From an uncultured bacterium (GTDB taxonomy: Bacteria > Planctomycetota > UBA1135 > GCA-002686595), in the NCBI GenBank assembly GCA_943787795.1, contig CALSNU010000001.1, positions 1,216,001 to 1,280,000 of the forward strand: a DNA stretch of 64,000 bases, given 5' to 3'. The position numbers and the translations under genes are program-made. This document shows, piece after piece, positions 59,253 to 64,000 of this stretch. Position 1 is the first letter of the stretch, and every line of letters begins with the position of its first letter. Below the pieces are notes generated by a model that saw only the letters and a list, made by a program, of their open reading frames with translations, did not search any database and was not told where the DNA came from.

Positions 59253-60863
59253 TCAGGTGCCGCGACGGAGGACGACGGTCTTGATGGTCGAGATCAGGAT
59301 CGAGAGGTCGAACAGGACGCTGTAGTTCTTGATGTAGAACAGATCGTACTGGAGCTTGTGGAGCGCGTCTTCTTCGGTGTTTCCGTACGGGTAGTTCGTC
59401 TGAGCCCACCCGGTCACGCCGGGCTTCACGATGTGGCGCAGCCGGAAGTAGGGGATTCGGGCCGCAAGCTGATCGACGAAGTGCTGCCGCTCCGGGCGGG
59501 GGCCGACCAGGGACATCGAGCCGGAGAGCACGTTGAAGAGCTGCGGGAGCTCGTCGAGGCGGGTCTTGCGCATGAAGCTCCCGAAGCGCGTGATGCGGGG
59601 GTCGTCCTCCGAGGCCCACACAGGGCCGCTCAGCTTCTCCGCGTCGGCGCGCATGGACCGGAACTTCATGAGCACGAACGGGCGGCCGTCCTGCCCGACG
59701 CGTTCCTGCGTGAACAGGATCGGTCCGGGGGAGGTGAGCCGCACGATGATGGCGACGATCACCATCACCCACCAGAGCAGCAGCAGCATGACGGCCGAGA
59801 CGACGACGTCATTGACGCGCTTGAGGAGGGCCGCGAAGGGGTGACGGCGGAAGCCCTCGTTGAAGATCAGGTACGAGGGGCGCATGGCGGCGACGGCGAT
59901 CCGTCCCGTGACCTGCTCGTAGACCTCCTCCCGCTCTCGGACCTCGACCCCCGCGAGGCGGGCGCGGAGCAGGTCCTCGATGGGCAGGGTCAGGCGCCGG
60001 TCGTCGAGCGCCACGACGATCATCTCGATCCGGAGCTTCTCGAGGAGCTCAGGGAGGCTCTCCTCCCCTGGCGCTCGTCCGCCCGTCGAGTGCGGGTCGT
60101 CCAGGCCGCGGCTCAGGAGGTCCACCCCGTGGAAGACGAGCGATCTCGACGCCTCCGAGGCCTTGTCCTCCGACGCGGTGATGGGGGATTCGATGTGGTC
60201 TGCCCTTCGCCTCAGGGAAGCCGACTCCGGCTCGGGTACGAGACCCACCACCCTGAAGCCCGCCTCGGGGTGGGCGAGGACCTGGTTCGCGAGGGCGTGT
60301 GCGGGCCCCCTCGAGCCGAGGATCAGCATCCGGACGTCGAGGTCGGCTCGCCGAACGAAGGCGTGATAGGCGAAGCGCTCGAGGTAGAGGAGCACGAAGC
60401 CCACAGCGCTCGTGGCGACCAGCACCTGGATCTTCTGCGAGAGGCCGAGCCCGGGGAAGGCGTAGATCAGGTCGGCGCCGAGCAGATGGCTCACGATCAC
60501 GAGCGCCGTGGAAAGGGCGATGCCGATGCCGGCGGACTCCACGAATCTCGAGGCGCGCTCATAGCGAGAGGCCGAGACCTGGAACTCGTAGAGTCGATTG
60601 AGCCCGATGGAGAGCAGCGACGTGGCCGTGACCAGCCCCGCGGAGAACGCGGCACGATAGGCCGCGTCCTGTGGGAGGAGGCTCTTCCGTGTGAGTGCCC
60701 GGGCCACTGCTCGATCCCTAGGGTCACTGCTCGCAGGGTCGGTCAGCAGGTCCCAAAGGTGCTGCGTCATACCCGCCGTCATGACGGCATAGAGCAGCAG
60801 CGCCTCCACGATGACGAGGAGGAACGTGCGGACGGGGAAGTAGTGCTGTAGGACGCGCAGCAT
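59253..60863 (-). CDS. Priming polyprenyl-phosphate sugar transferase (exopolysaccharide; PEP-CTERM-associated type)
   Basis: N-terminal TMs, YEQVTGRI, KFRSMRADAE, DDPRITRFG, RLDELPQLFNVL.G.MSLVGPRPER, KPGVTGWAQ, KLQYDLFYIKN. Confidence 0.93.
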   Translation of the reverse strand: MLRVLQHYFPVRTFLLVIVEALLLYAVMTAGMTQHLWDLLTDPASSDPRDRAVARALTRKSLLPQDAAYRAAFSAGLVTATSLLSIGLNRLYEFQVSASRYERASRFVESAGIGIALSTALVIVSHLLGADLIYAFPGLGLSQKIQVLVATSAVGFVLLYLERFAYHAFVRRADLDVRMLILGSRGPAHALANQVLAHPEAGFRVVGLVPEPESASLRRRADHIESPITASEDKASEASRSLVFHGVDLLSRGLDDPHSTGGRAPGEESLPELLEKLRIEMIVVALDDRRLTLPIEDLLRARLAGVEVREREEVYEQVTGRIAVAAMRPSYLIFNEGFRRHPFAALLKRVNDVVVSAVMLLLLWWVMVIVAIIVRLTSPGPILFTQERVGQDGRPFVLMKFRSMRADAEKLSGPVWASEDDPRITRFGSFMRKTRLDELPQLFNVLSGSMSLVGPRPERQHFVDQLAARIPYFRLRHIVKPGVTGWAQTNYPYGNTEEDALHKLQYDLFYIKNYSVLFDLSILISTIKTVVLRRGT

Positions 60864-61194
60864 CGGGGAACGGCGGATGGCCTCTGCCTCACTTATCGGC
60901 CTCGCGGGCGGCGAGCGATGAGCCGAAGGGGGCTCCGTTGATGCGGGAAGATTATTCCCAACCGACCGCGAGCGCAGTCACCGCGGCGGGAAAGCTGGAC
61001 GAGGCGGCGCGGGTCTGTTGAGGCTGGGCGCCCCCGTCGGGCCCCGGGCCTCGCGAAGTCTGGTCCCGGGCCGCGCGAGCTCGGGGACGCTGAGGGAGGC
61101 GGAGCGGTGACGCCACGCCTCCCCCGCGTCCCAGGGAGCGGGCCGAGTGAGGAGGCTCCCCCGTCGCTGGCTCACCTGAGGCGGGGCGCCACCG

Positions 61195-63732
61195 CTAGCG
61201 CCCGCCCTTGTCCATCCCCTCGAGGTCCATCCCCTCGAGGAGATCCCTCAACTCCTTCATGGACTCCGGGTCGAGGGTCCCCCCGTTCTCGGTGGGGGCC
61301 ATGATCTCCCGGGCGCGTTGCAGATCAGAGGGCCGGCGCTCGGCCGGAGCGCTCGCAATGCGCTCTGCTACAGCCTCTCGGTCTTCGAAGGTTGCCTTGT
61401 ACTCCGCGATCTGATCCGGGCTCTGATCTCGCTGCGCGAGCACGTCCTCGATCGCCGCCTGGAGCTGGAGATCCTCGGCGAAGTCACCCATCGGAAGCGC
61501 GCTGCCACGGAGGTCCTGGAAGCGGCGGCGGACGTCGATCCGCAGCAGGAACCGGACGTCCTCATCCGAGAGCGACGTGTCCAGGGAGCCGTACAGGTCG
61601 TCAAACCCGGGGTAGAGCTCGGGGTTGTCAAAGTCGCAGAATGCGAGCTCGCCCATGGTCTCCGGATCCTCGTCGAAGCGCTCCTGGACCCACTCACGCA
61701 GGGCGCGGGTGTCCTGGATACGGCGCATCTCGAGCAGACGCCATGACTCCCGGCGGCGAGGCTCCACCTCGAGGTCGGGGGACACGCCGCCGGCGGACAG
61801 GATGTTGCCCTCCTCGTCGAGCTCCCTGTGGATCGACCGGCCGAGGGGCAGCAGGTAGCGCTCGATGGTCAGCTTGATACGCGGTGCGTAGTCGAACTCT
61901 CCGTCCTCGTCGAAGTCACGGGTGATGGGCTCCCAGTTGTCGCGTCGACCGTTGCGGTTCTCGTCGCCGTACTCGTCGTCTCGCTCGGGTGCGAGCGGGA
62001 TCAGGGACTGGACCGAGCCCTTACCGAAGGAGCGCTGGCCCACGAGCGTGGCGCGCCCGAGGTCCTGGAGTGCTCCGGAGACGATCTCGGAGGCCGAGGC
62101 TGAGAAGCGGTTGATCAAGACCGCCACCGGGATGTCCTCGGGGACGATCGCGGGCATGCGGGTCTTGAACACCTTCGCGTCCCGGAACCGGCTCTCGGTC
62201 TTCACCACCGTCTGCTTTTCCGGGAGAAAGAGGTCTGCGACCTCGCGGGCCTGGGTCAGGAGCCCCCCCGTGTTGTTGCGAAGGTCCAGGATGACGCCGT
62301 TGAGCTCCTCTTGGCCCGATTCACGGGTCAGCTTACGGATCGCCTCGTAGACGTCCTTCGCGGCGTTGCGGCTGAACGTCTGCAGCTCAACGAGCCCGAT
62401 GTCTCCGGGGAGGAGCTGGCTGTGGACGGAGGGGATGCTGATCTGTGCGCGCTCCACGGTGACCTTCATGGCCTCGGTGGGGCGGTCGATCAGGCCCGCG
62501 TCCATGCCACGACGCCAGATGAAGAGCTCTGCGTCGGTCCCGGGCTTGCCCTTGAGGCGCTTGATGACCTCTTCGGTGGGCTCGCCCACGGTGGGCCAGT
62601 CGCCGATGCGGACGATCTTGTCGTCGGTCCCGAGCCCTGCGCGGTAAGCGGGGCCCGAGTAGATGGGCCGGGTGATGGTGAAGAGCCCGTCATCTGGGTC
62701 GTTCTGGACGTACGCGCCGATGCCCCCGTACTCCGCCTCCAGGTCCTGCTCGAACTTCTCGTAGGACTCCGATGAGAAGTAGGACGAGTGTCGGTCGAGC
62801 CGCTTGAGCATGCCCTGCATGGCCGCCTCGAGGAGCGCCTCGCGGTCCACCTTGTCACCCTCAAGGTGGAGCTCCTGGATCAGGGCGATCAGGCGCTCGA
62901 TCCGGGCGAGGTCGTTGGGCAGGTCCCCGCCGAGGCGGCGGTTGCCCTCGTCCCGGCGCATACGGCGAAGGCGCGACTCGTAGAAGCGATCGGCACGCAG
63001 CTGCTCGAGGTAGGCGCGGGAGAGCCGACCTGACTCGCCGGGGAGCTGGGACAGCCGCGCGAGCTCGTCCTCGACGCCGTCCACCTCCTCGACCGCGCCG
63101 ATCTCTGCAAACCCGAGGGCGCCAGCTGCGCGAAGGTTCGGGTCGGAGCTCTCGAGGAAGGAGCCCAGGATCCGACGGGCCGAGGCGATCTGGGATCCGC
63201 GCCCCAGTCGGGTCGCGGCGATCGCGCACGCGACGCGCAGCTCGACGGCGCCCTTGCCGCCGGCTCGCTGGAGGAGCTCTTCTGCGGCCTCGGTCTTTGC
63301 ATCGCGGTCAGAGATCTCCGGCGCGATGGCCCCAAGGAGGTCGGCCGCGGCTCGCGCCAGGTCCGGGTCATCCTCGTCGAGGGCGCCCGCGGTCGCGGTG
63401 GCGATGAGGCCGTGGTCCACGTCATCGCCGTCGAGGCGGAGGGTCACCATGAACAGCAGCCGCCGTGGGTCCTCCTCCCCGGCGCGCAGACGGGCGTCCA
63501 GCTTGGCGTCCATGGCGGCGCCGAGCTCTTCATCCAGGAGGCCCCCGACCCGGGCGGCCTCGCGCCAGATGGCACCAGCGTCCAGGCCCCTGACGGCCTC
63601 GAGCCGATCGTCCAGGATCAAGTCCACCTCATCCTGCAGGGCCGGCAGACCCGTGGTGGGTGCGGGGGCCGTCAGCGGCTGGGAGATGGGTCCCAGGAGG
63701 GCAGGGAGGCAGAGAAGGGCGCTGAAGAGCAT
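61195..63732 (-). CDS. S41 carboxyl-terminal protease with N-terminal HEAT-like extension
   Basis: Signal peptide, LDRHSSY, a PDZ region (GGIGAYV, GPAYRAG), ILDLRNNTGGLL, SASASEIVSGALQD, SFGKGSVQ, GVSPD. Confidence 0.93.
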   Translation of the reverse strand: MLFSALLCLPALLGPISQPLTAPAPTTGLPALQDEVDLILDDRLEAVRGLDAGAIWREAARVGGLLDEELGAAMDAKLDARLRAGEEDPRRLLFMVTLRLDGDDVDHGLIATATAGALDEDDPDLARAAADLLGAIAPEISDRDAKTEAAEELLQRAGGKGAVELRVACAIAATRLGRGSQIASARRILGSFLESSDPNLRAAGALGFAEIGAVEEVDGVEDELARLSQLPGESGRLSRAYLEQLRADRFYESRLRRMRRDEGNRRLGGDLPNDLARIERLIALIQELHLEGDKVDREALLEAAMQGMLKRLDRHSSYFSSESYEKFEQDLEAEYGGIGAYVQNDPDDGLFTITRPIYSGPAYRAGLGTDDKIVRIGDWPTVGEPTEEVIKRLKGKPGTDAELFIWRRGMDAGLIDRPTEAMKVTVERAQISIPSVHSQLLPGDIGLVELQTFSRNAAKDVYEAIRKLTRESGQEELNGVILDLRNNTGGLLTQAREVADLFLPEKQTVVKTESRFRDAKVFKTRMPAIVPEDIPVAVLINRFSASASEIVSGALQDLGRATLVGQRSFGKGSVQSLIPLAPERDDEYGDENRNGRRDNWEPITRDFDEDGEFDYAPRIKLTIERYLLPLGRSIHRELDEEGNILSAGGVSPDLEVEPRRRESWRLLEMRRIQDTRALREWVQERFDEDPETMGELAFCDFDNPELYPGFDDLYGSLDTSLSDEDVRFLLRIDVRRRFQDLRGSALPMGDFAEDLQLQAAIEDVLAQRDQSPDQIAEYKATFEDREAVAERIASAPAERRPSDLQRAREIMAPTENGGTLDPESMKELRDLLEGMDLEGMDKGGR

Positions 63733-63926
63733 GCGGAAATGGAGGTTGGAGAGGCCCCGTGCCGGAAAACCGGTCGGCCAGGGGCGGCGCTCAGTTCAGT
63801 ATCGTCGGTCGGGATATGCCAGCGCGAGCGATAGGCGCTCCCGTCGCGCCGACTCTACGATCCTCTGGCCTCGCAATTGGCGAGCGGGGCGCGTCGAGAC
63901 GTAAATCAAACCACCGGGAACGGGCC

Positions 63927-64000
63927 ATGGACGACCAGGACAGCGGAACAGTCGGGGCCGGCGGGCAAGGACCGCCGGCTAACTTGTCGCATATCGACGC
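63927..64000 (+). CDS. 5' end of a gene running off the window (LSHID resembles the MoaC N-terminus)
   Basis: ATG after a purine-rich stretch, reading MDDQDSGTVGAGGQGPPANLSHID. Only 24 codons are visible. Confidence 0.3.
   Translation, partial: MDDQDSGTVGAGGQGPPANLSHID

Overview
High-GC bacterial chromosome segment, most likely Planctomycetota. That assignment is inferred from tandem groEL paralogues, a long PVC-type L28, and many secreted FG-GAP, HEAT and dockerin-like proteins. It is mostly housekeeping: groEL x2, rpsB-tsf-pyrH-frr-tRNA-Lys, pepP, tRNA-Glu, mnmD, xerC, pabB-like, xseA, nadA, a DHS-family gene, mnmG, rpmB, and S41 and M28 peptidases. No prophage, IS or CRISPR array was seen. 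Five observations stand out. (1) A secreted FG-GAP/CRTAC1-like protein is interrupted by one in-frame TGA (32719-32721), followed directly by a hairpin fitting the bacterial SECIS consensus, so it is a candidate selenoprotein. (2) Three unrelated secreted proteins share a ~135-145-aa C-terminal domain, a candidate sorting or anchoring domain. (3) A di-haem protein with a dockerin-like tail lies beside a putative cohesin-like protein carrying that C-terminal domain. (4) An operon links a ZIP transporter, a metal-permease::SPFH fusion, HflC and a frameshifted HflK. (5) Many unrelated short tandem-repeat arrays occur in intergenic regions. All calls come from reading the sequence and recognising motifs; no database searches were run, and several start codons are best guesses.
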